A DNA stretch of 64,000 bases from Candidatus Parcubacteria bacterium (lineage in GTDB: Bacteria; Patescibacteriota; Patescibacteriia; UBA1558; GWA2-36-10). Below the pieces are notes generated by a model. It was not told where the DNA came from and ran no database searches. It worked only from the letters and a program-made list of their open reading frames with translations. A program made the position numbers and the translations under genes. Positions 1 to 10,157 of the stretch are shown piece after piece (position 1 is the first letter of the stretch; each line of letters opens with the position of its first letter). The stretch is taken from the NCBI GenBank assembly GCA_018669975.1, contig JABHSK010000001.1:24394-88393 (forward strand), in the 5' to 3' direction.

Positions 1-1292
1 GGTGCTTCAGATTTCTTTGATTCTGTACGCTGCAACATTGGTGTTTTAATGTATTTACTAGGGAAGTGCCAAAGACTAGCTAATTCTTCAATGTTTAAAA
101 CAAACCAATTGTGTCCAGCAATACCACTGCGATTTTTATAACCCCTCATCAAACGCTCGCGTCTTAATCTTTCACGATATTTGATAAACAGGTAATTAAT
201 TTTAGTCTTAGTACCTGGATCCGGCTTAAGAGCATTAAGATCTAGAGTATTAAACTGTTTAATAGAGCCAAATACAGAAGAAACAACTCTTGCTGCATTA
301 TATTGTTCTATTGGGGATATATAAATTAAACGAATTTTGACATCAAAACCAATTTTACCAGCTTTTTCTTCAATGGCTTCAATCATAGATTTTTCACCTG
401 GAGTTAGATGTAACATCATGCTAGGCATGTCATCTTTTTTATTACTAGAAGCTGACCCAGTGGCGTCTGAAAAATAAAACATGCTTTCACCTGAAGATAA
501 GAAAAGTAAATCAGTAACCGGTTTAGTAATTTTAGAAAAAAAACTTGATTTAGTAGCTACTTTTTTACCAGCAATCTTATAGGCTTCTGCCATAGATTTT
601 TTAACCCACTCAAAACCAGTTGGTTTTACCAAGAATTGTAGCCAAACTTGCTCACCTTGCTGTACTTTACTCATAGTTTCAAGCAATGATGCTAGAGGGT
701 CTTTGAACTTCTCCTCAGCAGACATATCTTCAAAGTGTCTATAAGTCTTAATTGGTAGCGCTTCCTTCATCACAGGGATGATCTCACTACCCCAAATTTT
801 ATGTGTTTCGTTTGGATATTTATCAGGAGCTGTGTGTACATAATCTTCCACCTCAGTAATCTCAGCATCAGGATATTGAGAATAAATAGAACTTTCTACC
901 AGGTCTCTATAATGACTAGGTGTGCGTATTAAAAATTGCACATACCCATCCATGCTGACAATTTCAAAGGAAAACGACAATTGAAACATACCTTGTAGAT
1001 ATATCTCTTTGTTATTTAACATGGCATGAGCGCCGGATATGGTAGCAAATAATTGCTCGACTGCCTTTGGAGTCTGTTCGGTGTCTTTAGGAACATCAAT
1101 GGCCAACATAACGAATTTATTGGTCATAAACCATTTACCCTGTTGTCTCATTAACCAAACATCATAAATACCTCTAAGTATAATCCAAGCAAAAACAAGC
1201 CAACCGCCCTTGGAAAACAAATACCAAGCTAGGACAGGAGCTCCTTGTGAAGCAGCGATAGTTAATGGTGAAAAATCAAATATAATTTCCAT
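1..1292 (-). CDS. Partial CDS, 3'-truncated by the window edge. N-terminal TM helix plus a domain paralogous to the N-terminal half of the VirB4/TraC-like ATPase at 17765-20224.
   Basis: Manual minus-strand translation from the ATG at 1292 (MEIIFDFSPL...) stays open to position 1. It shares blocks such as FSFEIVSMDGYVQF and LPIKTYRHFE with the 819-aa ORF (FSMEIVSLNGLISF, LPIKTYRNFE). An in-frame stop lies upstream of the ATG. Confidence 0.5.
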   Translation of the reverse strand, partial: MEIIFDFSPLTIAASQGAPVLAWYLFSKGGWLVFAWIILRGIYDVWLMRQQGKWFMTNKFVMLAIDVPKDTEQTPKAVEQLFATISGAHAMLNNKEIYLQGMFQLSFSFEIVSMDGYVQFLIRTPSHYRDLVESSIYSQYPDAEITEVEDYVHTAPDKYPNETHKIWGSEIIPVMKEALPIKTYRHFEDMSAEEKFKDPLASLLETMSKVQQGEQVWLQFLVKPTGFEWVKKSMAEAYKIAGKKVATKSSFFSKITKPVTDLLFLSSGESMFYFSDATGSASSNKKDDMPSMMLHLTPGEKSMIEAIEEKAGKIGFDVKIRLIYISPIEQYNAARVVSSVFGSIKQFNTLDLNALKPDPGTKTKINYLFIKYRERLRRERLMRGYKNRSGIAGHNWFVLNIEELASLWHFPSKYIKTPMLQRTESKKSEA

Positions 1293-1429
1293 TACTTTTT
1301 GTAAACAGTAATTGAATATATTATACCTTTTTTTAGCATTTTTTTAAAGTCATGCATATTTATAAACTTAAACAAAAACAACTCACGTATATTAGTGGGT
1401 TGTTTTTGCTTTGTATATTTTATATTTTA

Positions 1430-2530
1430 TTACCCTACTAAGGAATATCTTCCTTTAGGGTCTTTTTGAAAACGGTCTTTGTTCATTAGGGCTAGACCAA
1501 TAGTAGTTTCTTTGATCATGCGCTTTTTTAGAACTTCCTCAATAATTTCTTTTTTAGATAATGCTCTGTCTCCAGCGTTCAGGATTTCTACAATAACATC
1601 ACTGACTACGCCTGGTTTATAACCCCATTCTTTTAGGGCATAAATGCCGCGACCGACTAAGACATATTTTTTATCTAGAATTAATTCATTGTGTATTGTA
1701 GCCGGGAAAGCTTTACGATGATCGAATTCCATCTTATTGATAGTATCAGCGATCTCAGTAAAATGCATTGGCTTATTTTCTTTCCTTAAGACCAAATAGA
1801 TTTTATCATTCATACGCTTTGGCGTAATATCTGACCATCCGACTAAGCCCCATTCATCATATGGGTTAGCTTCTAGCTTTTTGGTGATATAGATAAAGTT
1901 TACAATTACCTTATCAGTTAAATCTTCATTGCTAGTATAAAACTCAGCAGATTCGATTTTATCTAAAAGAGTATCTAAACCTAAGGGTTCACCATGATTA
2001 TCAATCAAGCTATGTAATTGTTCAATGACATCTTCAAAAGTATTTGTAGAAGCTTCTGGTGTTTTCCAAAAACCATAAGTATGTTTTGATTCCTTAACAA
2101 AATGAAAGCGCTCTTTCAATAGTTGATTTAAGATGAACTTAATAGCTGCACGATTATGTATACTGTCTCCAGGAATGATCAAGAGTTCCTTGGTCATATT
2201 TTCCTCAGACATCATACCACCGTGCTCTGAAAGCACACCATTAGAAATATCTTCTAATTGCTTCAAATATGTTTGATCAAAATTCTTAGTGATCTTCTTC
2301 AGAGAGCTATTTTCAATCTGTCTGACTCTTTCTCTAGTGACACTGTACTTTTTACCTATATCTTCAAGCGTACGTCTTTCATTGTCACCAAGACCGTGGC
2401 GCATACGAATAATTTCCTGCTCACGTTCTGATAGAGCCTCCAAAATACTTTCCAGTATCTGATGTGGATTGAAACTCTCCAAATTTGATTGGTGTTTGGA
2501 TGTGATTACTTGGTCTAAGATTGACTCCAT
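1430..2530 (-). CDS. Sigma-70 region-4 (HTH) domain fused to a C-terminal HARE-HTH-like winged-helix domain; probably RNAP-associated, function unknown.
   Basis: The N-terminus ([15 protein letters not shown]...[20 protein letters not shown]) matches the sigma-70 region 4.2 signature. The C-terminus ([11 protein letters not shown]...[14 protein letters not shown]) resembles the HARE-HTH fold of RpoE delta-subunit N-termini. Confidence 0.55.
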   Translation of the reverse strand: MESILDQVITSKHQSNLESFNPHQILESILEALSEREQEIIRMRHGLGDNERRTLEDIGKKYSVTRERVRQIENSSLKKITKNFDQTYLKQLEDISNGVLSEHGGMMSEENMTKELLIIPGDSIHNRAAIKFILNQLLKERFHFVKESKHTYGFWKTPEASTNTFEDVIEQLHSLIDNHGEPLGLDTLLDKIESAEFYTSNEDLTDKVIVNFIYITKKLEANPYDEWGLVGWSDITPKRMNDKIYLVLRKENKPMHFTEIADTINKMEFDHRKAFPATIHNELILDKKYVLVGRGIYALKEWGYKPGVVSDVIVEILNAGDRALSKKEIIEEVLKKRMIKETTIGLALMNKDRFQKDPKGRYSLVG

Positions 2531-2651
2531 ATGTTTATCTTATTATATTAAACACCAATAGAATAACATATTTCTTAAAAATAGTCAAGTGCTTAGGGGT
2601 CTTTCTCGAAAAATAATACCCAAAATTACTTATTTTTAGGCTAATATTAGT

Positions 2652-2692
2652 TAAAACAGCAGGGTTTAGAGAACCCCGCTGCTTGACAATTT
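2652..2692 (-). terminator. Intrinsic terminator downstream of secF (hairpin cagcgggg..ccctgctg followed by T-run on the minus strand).
   Basis: Inverted repeat with a U-tract, read on the minus strand. Confidence 0.45.
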
Positions 2693-2714
2693 ATAGTGTT
2701 TTCTAGTCTGATAT

Positions 2715-3617
2715 TTACTTTTTCCTATTCCAGATAACAAGTAGTGGTGAGGCCACAAATATTGAAGAATAAGTACCAATTATAACACCCAAAATGAGGG
2801 CTAAGACAAAATTCTTGATACTCTCCCCCCCAAATATGTATATAGCTAGTAAAACAAACAAGGTAGTAATAGAGGTGTTCAATGATCTAACTATTGTTTG
2901 ATTTACACTGATATTTACTATTTCTTTAAAAGGTTTGTCTTGGTTTTTAAACAAGTTTTCACGTGTTCTGTCAAAGGTAACAATAGTATCATGAATAGAA
3001 AAACCTAAGATAGTCAACAAAGCGGTTACAAATAGACTGTCTACCTCCATTTTCATAAAGTATCCCAAAGCAGCAAAAATACCTGTAATAATTAAAATAT
3101 CATGCGTTAAGGCTATAATTGCTGAAATACCATACTTCCAAGAAGCAACTGGCTTAGATATTTTTCTAAAAGCATAGGCAATGTAGAAAACAATGAATAG
3201 GAGTACTATAATAATAGACTTAATAGCTTTAGATTTTAATTCACTACCAATAACTGGCCCAACAGATTCAAAGCGATTTTCAACTACCGTATTTTCTTCT
3301 AGACCCTCAATCTGTATTTCGCCTAATTTACTAACCACAGTCTGGTGAGTTGCTTCATCTATTTCTTCAAAACGAATGATATATTCTCTATCACCACTAG
3401 GTTGAACCTTTACAGTCTGTAAATCTACATCCGCCAAAGACTCCTCTATTTGTTGAATGCTTGGTCGTTGATTCTGGTATGAAACCTCCAATAAGCTACC
3501 ACCTGTAAAGTCTATACCTAGGCGTAAACCCCAGGTTAGTAAAGAAACGATAGCTGCTAGAACTAAAATGCCTGAAAAGGTAAACCAAACTTTTCTTTTT
3601 TCAATAATGTTATACAT
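2715..3617 (-). CDS. secF: Protein translocase subunit SecF.
   Basis: 300 aa with six TM segments and the SecD/SecF C-terminal pattern; lies directly downstream of secD. Confidence 0.85.
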   Translation of the reverse strand: MYNIIEKRKVWFTFSGILVLAAIVSLLTWGLRLGIDFTGGSLLEVSYQNQRPSIQQIEESLADVDLQTVKVQPSGDREYIIRFEEIDEATHQTVVSKLGEIQIEGLEENTVVENRFESVGPVIGSELKSKAIKSIIIVLLFIVFYIAYAFRKISKPVASWKYGISAIIALTHDILIITGIFAALGYFMKMEVDSLFVTALLTILGFSIHDTIVTFDRTRENLFKNQDKPFKEIVNISVNQTIVRSLNTSITTLFVLLAIYIFGGESIKNFVLALILGVIIGTYSSIFVASPLLVIWNRKK

Positions 3618-3621
3618 ATAT

Positions 3622-5310
3622 TTATTCTTTGTGTGTTTTATTTACTCCAAATAAGGCTAATTTGCCTTCTAATTTTTTACTAACGATCATTCTTAAGAAA
3701 GTTCTAGTAACAGTAATGGCTGAAAACATAGACATTAGAATACCGATAGCTAAGGTAATAGCAAAACCTTTAATGATGGATGTGCCAAACCAAGCCAATA
3801 TTATACAAGTAATAATAGAGGATATATTTGAGTCACGGATAGAAGGCCAAGCTCTAGTAAAACCATTTTCTATAGATGTATGTAAGCTCTTACCATTATA
3901 AAGTTCTTCTTTAGTCCTTTCAAATATCAATATATTAGCATCTACAGCCATACCAATGGATAATATGAATCCGGCTACACCGGCTAAAGTCATGGTTACA
4001 GGAATTAATTCAAAGATTGCTAAAGTTAAAATAGTGTAAATTGCTAAAGAAATCACTGATAGCAAGCCAGGTAAACGATAGAAAGCTAACATAAATAGAG
4101 CTGCTGCAATCAGTCCAATAATACCTGCTAATAAGCTTTTTTCAACAGAAGTCTCGCCTAAAGTAGCACCAACAGTCTGTTGACTGATCAATTCAATAGG
4201 CACTGGTAAAGCACCTAGATTAAGATCTTTCACTAATTGCTTAGCTTCAGTAATATTGAAGTTGCCAGAAATTTGAGCACTACCATCTTTGATTGGCTCC
4301 TGAACTACAGGACTAGACCTAAGTAGGCCATCTAAAAATATACCAATCGGCTCACCGACATGGTCAGCAGTTAATTGAGCAAATAGTTCTTTACCGTCAT
4401 CATTAAAACGCAGTAACACCAATGGTTCTTGAGTAGTATTATCAAAACTTAATTGGGCTTTTTTAATATCTTTACCACTTAAACCAGTATCATCCCAGGT
4501 TATATTCAATAAGTCAGCGTCTGGTCTTCTGAACAAGATATGAGCTGATCGTACCTCTATGACACCTGCTTCATTTATTCTTTCGTCTACTTTTTTAATA
4601 ACATGATAACCAAATTGTGACTCAATTAATTCGGATGATATTTCACCTTTAGTTAGGTTATCAAAAATAGCTTGATCAAATTCTGGTACAAATTTACCTC
4701 TTTCAGTCCAGTCTAAATCACCCCCATTAATAGCTGAAGTAGGATCCTCACTGTATTCTTGTGCTAAAGTAGTGAAATCTTCACCAGCTAAGGCTCTCTT
4801 TAGAATTTCTTGAGCAGCCTGCTCGATTTCATCTATTACTCCGAGTTCTTCAATTTCCTCAGTAATAGGCTCACCCTGCGTCCTAAAATCTAGCATTGGA
4901 GTACGATCTATCATTGCGATAGCCTCATTGGTATCTTGAACACCTGCTAACTCAACGATAATTCGGTAATTTTCACCACTATAGTTAGTCTGAATTACTG
5001 GTTCAGACACACCGTAGGCATTAACCCTTCTTTCAATAACATCTCTAAGAGCTTCAACACCATCTTTCTTTTCCTCTCCCTCTAGGGCAGACACATCAGC
5101 TTGGTAGACCAAATGGGTGCCACCTTGTAAATCCAAACCTAAATGAATGTAAAATTTACCAAACCAATCATTGGCTGCACCTAAAAAGTTTACCCTAGGT
5201 GAAACAATTAAGATGGCAAAGATGGTCAACAAAAAAATAGTGGCAAAACTGGTTCTAATTTTCCCAGCTGTGACACGTTCTTTGTTGCTTAATTTACTGT
5301 ATTTGTTCAT
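3622..5310 (-). CDS. secD: Protein translocase subunit SecD with a parvulin (PpiC)-like domain inserted in the periplasmic P1 head.
   Basis: Conserved SecD blocks are present (LGLDLQGG, MLDFRTQ, MAVDANILIFERTKEEL, KGFAITLAIGI). Residues about 158-262 align with the PpiC signature (GEDFTTLAQEYSED...GGDLDWTERGKFVPEFDQAIF...FGYHVIKK, then SAHILF). Confidence 0.85.
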   Translation of the reverse strand: MNKYSKLSNKERVTAGKIRTSFATIFLLTIFAILIVSPRVNFLGAANDWFGKFYIHLGLDLQGGTHLVYQADVSALEGEEKKDGVEALRDVIERRVNAYGVSEPVIQTNYSGENYRIIVELAGVQDTNEAIAMIDRTPMLDFRTQGEPITEEIEELGVIDEIEQAAQEILKRALAGEDFTTLAQEYSEDPTSAINGGDLDWTERGKFVPEFDQAIFDNLTKGEISSELIESQFGYHVIKKVDERINEAGVIEVRSAHILFRRPDADLLNITWDDTGLSGKDIKKAQLSFDNTTQEPLVLLRFNDDGKELFAQLTADHVGEPIGIFLDGLLRSSPVVQEPIKDGSAQISGNFNITEAKQLVKDLNLGALPVPIELISQQTVGATLGETSVEKSLLAGIIGLIAAALFMLAFYRLPGLLSVISLAIYTILTLAIFELIPVTMTLAGVAGFILSIGMAVDANILIFERTKEELYNGKSLHTSIENGFTRAWPSIRDSNISSIITCIILAWFGTSIIKGFAITLAIGILMSMFSAITVTRTFLRMIVSKKLEGKLALFGVNKTHKE

Positions 5311-5380
5311 AAGTTTTTATATATTAGGCAATGCCAGTATTTTAGCACATTAATGATATTTGGCAAGTGCTAACTGATAA

Positions 5381-5403
5381 TAAAAACCCCTTATTTCAGG
5401 GGC
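5381..5403 (-). terminator. Intrinsic terminator for ddl (hairpin cccct/agggg plus T-run on the minus strand), overlapping the stop codon.
   Basis: Inverted repeat with a U-tract. Confidence 0.4.
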
Positions 5404-6317
5404 TTTATAGATGATTTTATCCACTGATCCAAGATATCCGTAAAATCTAGTCCAGCTGCTCTAATAGCTTTGGGTAATAACGATTCCTTGGTCATGCCTG
5501 GTATAGTGTTTATTTCTAAAAAATACACCTTATTTTTAATCACGATAAAATCTGAACGACTCAAATGACGTACACCAAGTAATCTGTGCACCTGCAAAGC
5601 AAAACTTTGCAATTCTTTAGCTAAAGCTGACTTTATAGGTGCTGGACATATCTCTTCTACAAATTTAGGGTCATATTTACTCTTGTAGTCAAAAAACTTG
5701 CGCTTTGTCTTGATTTGAATCACCGGTAAGCTAGTAACTTGCTTATCGTGCTCTATAATAGGCACTGTATATTCTTCTCCTGACAAATAATCCTCTACTA
5801 AAACTTGTTTTGAGTATTTTAGTGCTTGTTTGATAAATTTATTGGCTTCTAGCTGACTCTTGGCAATATTTATACCAATGGAACTACCGCCGGCCACCGG
5901 TTTTATAACCACGGGTCTTTGGTAGTTAAATTTTTGGTCAATAGATAAAACTTTATCCTTTGCTGTCAGCAAGCCGGCGGCTTCTACTATTCGTTTAGTA
6001 AACTGTTTATTCATACCCAGGGCGTGTGCTTCTACATCTGAAAAAATAAACGGCACACCCAAAGTATTAAGAAGTCCCTGAACCTGTCCATCTTCTCCAC
6101 CAGCACCATGTAATATAGGAATAGCCAAGTGATATTCTTTATATTCTTTAAGGAAAGTATCTGTCCCCTTGGGAAAATCAAACACCTTGACGTTGTACCG
6201 CCTTCTTAGGGGGCCAATTATACCCTTGGTGGACTGAAGAGCAACAGATCTCTCGGAACTATCACCACCAGTCAATACGGCTATTTTAATATTTTTGTCA
6301 GAGCTTATTTTAGACAT
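5391..6317 (-). CDS. ddl: D-alanine--D-alanine ligase.
   Basis: 308 aa with ATP-grasp motifs and the Ddl-typical N-terminus (IAVLTGGDSSERSVAL) and C-terminus (FLEINTIPGMT). Confidence 0.85.
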   Translation of the reverse strand: MSKISSDKNIKIAVLTGGDSSERSVALQSTKGIIGPLRRRYNVKVFDFPKGTDTFLKEYKEYHLAIPILHGAGGEDGQVQGLLNTLGVPFIFSDVEAHALGMNKQFTKRIVEAAGLLTAKDKVLSIDQKFNYQRPVVIKPVAGGSSIGINIAKSQLEANKFIKQALKYSKQVLVEDYLSGEEYTVPIIEHDKQVTSLPVIQIKTKRKFFDYKSKYDPKFVEEICPAPIKSALAKELQSFALQVHRLLGVRHLSRSDFIVIKNKVYFLEINTIPGMTKESLLPKAIRAAGLDFTDILDQWIKSSIKPLK

Positions 6318-6377
6318 AGTTAAATTTAGCTAGCTTGGAGTGTCAGCCTGATTTATTTTTAGTTGTTCGAGTATATT

Positions 6378-8447
6378 TTAATTCTCTAGTTCAAAATCAT
6401 TGACTTCTTCCCAGTCATTTTCGTTTAAGACTACAATACCCTCATAAGAAATTACGTATAAGTAATCATTAAGGTAAAGGGCTCTTTCTACATTATATTT
6501 ATCTATAGCCTTAACCATTTTAATCTTGTCATCTTCATATGAGAAGACATAACCACCTTTACCGCCAGGCATAAAGAAAATTTCATGCTTAGTGTCTAAT
6601 AAAAATGCATGATGATCATATAAAACGTCTGAACTATAGTCACTGAGTGTATATTTATCTATTTCTTTGGGGTCACTTGGGTCAGATACATCAAAATAGG
6701 AAATTTTTACATTGCCACCCTCTTTGCCGATACCCAAAATTTTATCTTTAGTTATTGGATGTAAATATGAAGAATATCCAGGGATTTTAAGTTCGCCTGT
6801 TTTCTTTGGATTTTTTGGATCGGACAAATCTAAAACATAAAAAGGATCTGTACGCCTGAAAGTAACTAAATACCCTTTATCTTGAACAAAGCGGGCAGAA
6901 TAGATTTTTTCAGTTAATCCCATATCAATCACTTCACCAGTAATTTTCATATCTTTATTGAGAACATAGACATCGTTAGCGTTTTCCTGACTAGAAAATC
7001 CCCCAGTATCTCCGACGGTAGTGGCAATTCTTAAATGCCCCTCATACTCATCTAGAGAAAACTGATTAAGTGGGTGTCCTGGAACAAGCCCATTGGCTTT
7101 TATATCTAAATCATCTATGTCGATACGGACAATTTCAGTAGCAAAGAAATCTCTTTTGTGGTTATCAAAATAATCTGTCATACGATTTTCCATTTCATTT
7201 TCTATGCGTAGAGCTTCATCGTTATCAAGAGAACCCAACCACTCTTCTACCAAGATTCCCATTTCCATCATCTTACTTTCATTACTTATGTCATAAGAAG
7301 ATATTTTTTCTAGACGTTGATAAATACTAACGGGCATCAAATCTTTAGATCCCTCTCTGAAAAAACCCATTGCAATATCAAAATAGCTAGCGTCGTTTTG
7401 GTAGGTTATATATAAAGAGTCAGCTGACATGTATACAACTGATGCGTATGAAGAACCAATAAATGATATTGTGTCTTTAACTTCCCCAGAATCAACCTCT
7501 AGACTCATGCTAACAAAAGTAGAATCTACTGGTAATGGCTTGTGTGGATGATAAATATCTACACAACCTATATTGACGTCTGTTAATGGAGAAATTGGAC
7601 ATGGTGAGTATCTGTTTATTCTATTTCGTGTAACTAAATAGATTTTATCGTCATAAAGACGTGCTGTTACCAAATAAGTATCGTCCTCTAGTTTAGTGGA
7701 CCATTTTTTGTCTGGTGCACTTGGATCAGATACGTCATAGGCTACTATATTTTTCCCAGAAAAAATAACTAGAGTATCTTCATGCAAAAGCATGTTCCCA
7801 GTCTCATCTATAGTTGCTTCTAACTCTAAATCAGCTGGTGGCCAAGCGTTGATAATATTTGTTTTAGGCGCCATATAATTTGGACTTGGATCACCTGGCA
7901 TACCTCTAACCATTCCATCCACCTCAATAAATATTGGCGTATCCATTGGATAATAACCTCCTTGTCTAGAAAAATATATTTCTTCACCATCAGTCTTAAC
8001 TATATCTGGTTCATCTATACCTACTACCTGAACATTGGTCTCAGAATATCGATCAACTCCTCCTCCAAAACTAGTACTTTTTGCACCTAGATTCACGGCT
8101 TGCATGTCACTCACACCCCAGTCGTCAACTGATGGTGCAGCTTCCATCACTGCTCGGCTATTCATCATACCACTACCTAGCATCAAATCATCTGTTAAGG
8201 CTAAATAATTTTTAAACTCTTCCTCCGATTCAAAAGCTTTAATATCACTTGAATTTTGTTGGAAAACATTTTTGACAGGATTGAATATTTCTTTAATTGT
8301 GTTATTTCCACCTGGTTGATAACTATTTCTAATAATTAAAGACAGACTTACCGCAAAAACTATTATCAACAGGATAATTGATAGTGATGCGCTGCCGAAA
8401 TTACCAAAAAAATTTTTGTTTTTTTTCTTAGTAGTTTTCTTCTTCAT
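6378..8447 (-). CDS. Membrane-anchored secreted protein, probably a beta-propeller domain protein of unknown function.
   Basis: N-terminal TM helix followed by a long extracytoplasmic region rich in beta-strand-like repeats (YLVT.., YVLDLSDP, YFDVSDP). Confidence 0.3.
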   Translation of the reverse strand: MKKKTTKKKNKNFFGNFGSASLSIILLIIVFAVSLSLIIRNSYQPGGNNTIKEIFNPVKNVFQQNSSDIKAFESEEEFKNYLALTDDLMLGSGMMNSRAVMEAAPSVDDWGVSDMQAVNLGAKSTSFGGGVDRYSETNVQVVGIDEPDIVKTDGEEIYFSRQGGYYPMDTPIFIEVDGMVRGMPGDPSPNYMAPKTNIINAWPPADLELEATIDETGNMLLHEDTLVIFSGKNIVAYDVSDPSAPDKKWSTKLEDDTYLVTARLYDDKIYLVTRNRINRYSPCPISPLTDVNIGCVDIYHPHKPLPVDSTFVSMSLEVDSGEVKDTISFIGSSYASVVYMSADSLYITYQNDASYFDIAMGFFREGSKDLMPVSIYQRLEKISSYDISNESKMMEMGILVEEWLGSLDNDEALRIENEMENRMTDYFDNHKRDFFATEIVRIDIDDLDIKANGLVPGHPLNQFSLDEYEGHLRIATTVGDTGGFSSQENANDVYVLNKDMKITGEVIDMGLTEKIYSARFVQDKGYLVTFRRTDPFYVLDLSDPKNPKKTGELKIPGYSSYLHPITKDKILGIGKEGGNVKISYFDVSDPSDPKEIDKYTLSDYSSDVLYDHHAFLLDTKHEIFFMPGGKGGYVFSYEDDKIKMVKAIDKYNVERALYLNDYLYVISYEGIVVLNENDWEEVNDFELEN

Positions 8448-8513
8448 ATTTTTATTTTAGTTAAATTAACCTAATAATTATACCATAAAATAAAAAATAA
8501 CCCTATGGGTTAT

Positions 8514-9206
8514 TTAATTACCTCCGAAACGACGACTTCTATCATTAAACTCGTCTATGGCCTTGTCTAAGTCTTTCGTTCCAAATGATGGCCAGGTTGT
8601 TTTTGGAAAATACAGTTCACTATAAACAGATTGCCAAGTTAAAAACCCAGAAAGCCTCTGTTCACCAGAGGTACGTATAATTAATTCTGGATCTGGTAAA
8701 CCAGTTGTGTATAAATATCTTGAAAATAACTTTTCGTCCACCTTTTCTGCTTTTATATCATCCTTAATTATTTTTTTTACAGCAGTTAAAATTTCATCAC
8801 GACCACCATAACTAAGGCAAACATTTAACACACCCTTTTTCCCGTCTTTGGTTTTGTCTATAGCCCGTTGAATACCCGCTTGTAAATCTTTATCAAAATC
8901 CTCTATTCTACCTAAAATATTCAAACGGACACCTCGTTTAACTAAATCCTTAGCCTCTCTATCTACTAGCAATCTAAATAAATCCATCAAATAGGCCACT
9001 TCTTTTTTATCACGCTTCCAATTTTCTGTTGAAAAAGCATAGACTGTTAAAATCTTTATACCCCTATCAAAAGCATGCCCAGCTACTTTTTTAAGATTAT
9101 CAAAGCCCTTTTTATGTCCCTGGAAAGCAGGTAGGCCTCTTTTTTTAGCCCAACGACGATTACCATCTAATATAATACCAATATGTTGTAGTGTCTTTTC
9201 GGTCAT
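8514..9206 (-). CDS. uppS: Isoprenyl transferase (undecaprenyl diphosphate synthase).
   Basis: HIGIILDGNRRWAKKRGL, FSTENWKR and RTSGEQRLSGFL motifs. Confidence 0.9.
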   Translation of the reverse strand: MTEKTLQHIGIILDGNRRWAKKRGLPAFQGHKKGFDNLKKVAGHAFDRGIKILTVYAFSTENWKRDKKEVAYLMDLFRLLVDREAKDLVKRGVRLNILGRIEDFDKDLQAGIQRAIDKTKDGKKGVLNVCLSYGGRDEILTAVKKIIKDDIKAEKVDEKLFSRYLYTTGLPDPELIIRTSGEQRLSGFLTWQSVYSELYFPKTTWPSFGTKDLDKAIDEFNDRSRRFGGN

Positions 9207-9208
9207 CT

Positions 9209-9742
9209 TTATCTAAAGTCAGCTCTTAATTTAATATCACTTGGCTTGGCAGGAACTTCACCCTTGTCTTCCAAGCTAATTAAAACAATATGATATGCTA
9301 AAAATTGTTCATAAATCTCAGATTTTTCATAGATAAGTCCATAACCCAAATAACTCTGCTTTTTTAGCTTACCTAAATAGATATGGTTATCTGGATCAAT
9401 GCCGCCAGTTAACCAGGCCACATACACCTGATCTTCTGGTTGTGGTAAATCAGCAGCGATATTTAATTCATACATATCAATACCGTTGTGTTTAAGTCTC
9501 GCAGACCCAATAGTATTACTATTAATTCTACTATCTTCTACGTTAAATAGTGCTTCTTCAATAAATAATAAGTTATCAGGCACTTTTATTTTTTGATCCT
9601 CTAGTTTTGGTTGGCTATCTTCCTGATTTTTCACTATCTGGTTAGTATTATCAGTTTCTTCTGGAATATAGGTTTTCTGAAAAATAAAAAATACCCCAGC
9701 AATGGCCAAAACTATTAAAATAAGAGATAAAACATTACGCAT
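9209..9742 (-). CDS. Hypothetical membrane-anchored protein.
   Basis: N-terminal TM helix; no recognisable motif. Confidence 0.4.
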   Translation of the reverse strand: MRNVLSLILIVLAIAGVFFIFQKTYIPEETDNTNQIVKNQEDSQPKLEDQKIKVPDNLLFIEEALFNVEDSRINSNTIGSARLKHNGIDMYELNIAADLPQPEDQVYVAWLTGGIDPDNHIYLGKLKKQSYLGYGLIYEKSEIYEQFLAYHIVLISLEDKGEVPAKPSDIKLRADFR

Positions 9743-9831
9743 AATTTTGTATAAATTTTAATGTTGTTAGTATAGCAAGTTATGTATTGCTTGCCAATAA
9801 AAAAGCCCTAGTTGTGTACTAGGGCGTATAA

Positions 9832-10122
9832 TCAATCTGCAAGCCTCTCTATGCTAGCTACTCTACCAAATAATTCTCTGGTGAATAAGGCAACGGTGTT
9901 TGTTTGGAAAAAGTTTACACTCAAAGTGACGATAAACTCTTTATCTGTTAGTTTTTGCCAGTCAAGACAATCGAATATAGGTAAGAATAATAGTTTTTTT
10001 CCGTAGTAAGGTTTGTGTAAAGTCAATTTTAAGCGCGTACCAGCTTGAGTCCCAAAAAGAGTCGTAGAAATGTCATCTTCACTTTCTACCCATGTGGGTA
10101 TCAAAGTATCTCCAAACATCAC
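9832..10122 (-). CDS. Hypothetical small protein.
   Basis: ORF only; no motif recognised. Confidence 0.25.
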   Translation of the reverse strand: MMFGDTLIPTWVESEDDISTTLFGTQAGTRLKLTLHKPYYGKKLLFLPIFDCLDWQKLTDKEFIVTLSVNFFQTNTVALFTRELFGRVASIERLAD

Positions 10123-10157
10123 TCACCTCCTTGTTGGATGTGTCTATATGCAGAATA

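Noticed and set aside
3629-3901. Plus-strand ORFs antisense to secD (3629-3901, 5171-5353) and similar short antisense ORFs throughout (for example 14275-14490, 16586-16801, 18465-18842, 22531-22827, 25670-25882, 35176-35439, 38193-38441, 39345-39656, 46052-46489, 48532-48825)
   Set aside because: They sit inside well-supported genes on the opposite strand, lack RBS context and have skewed composition typical of antisense frames.
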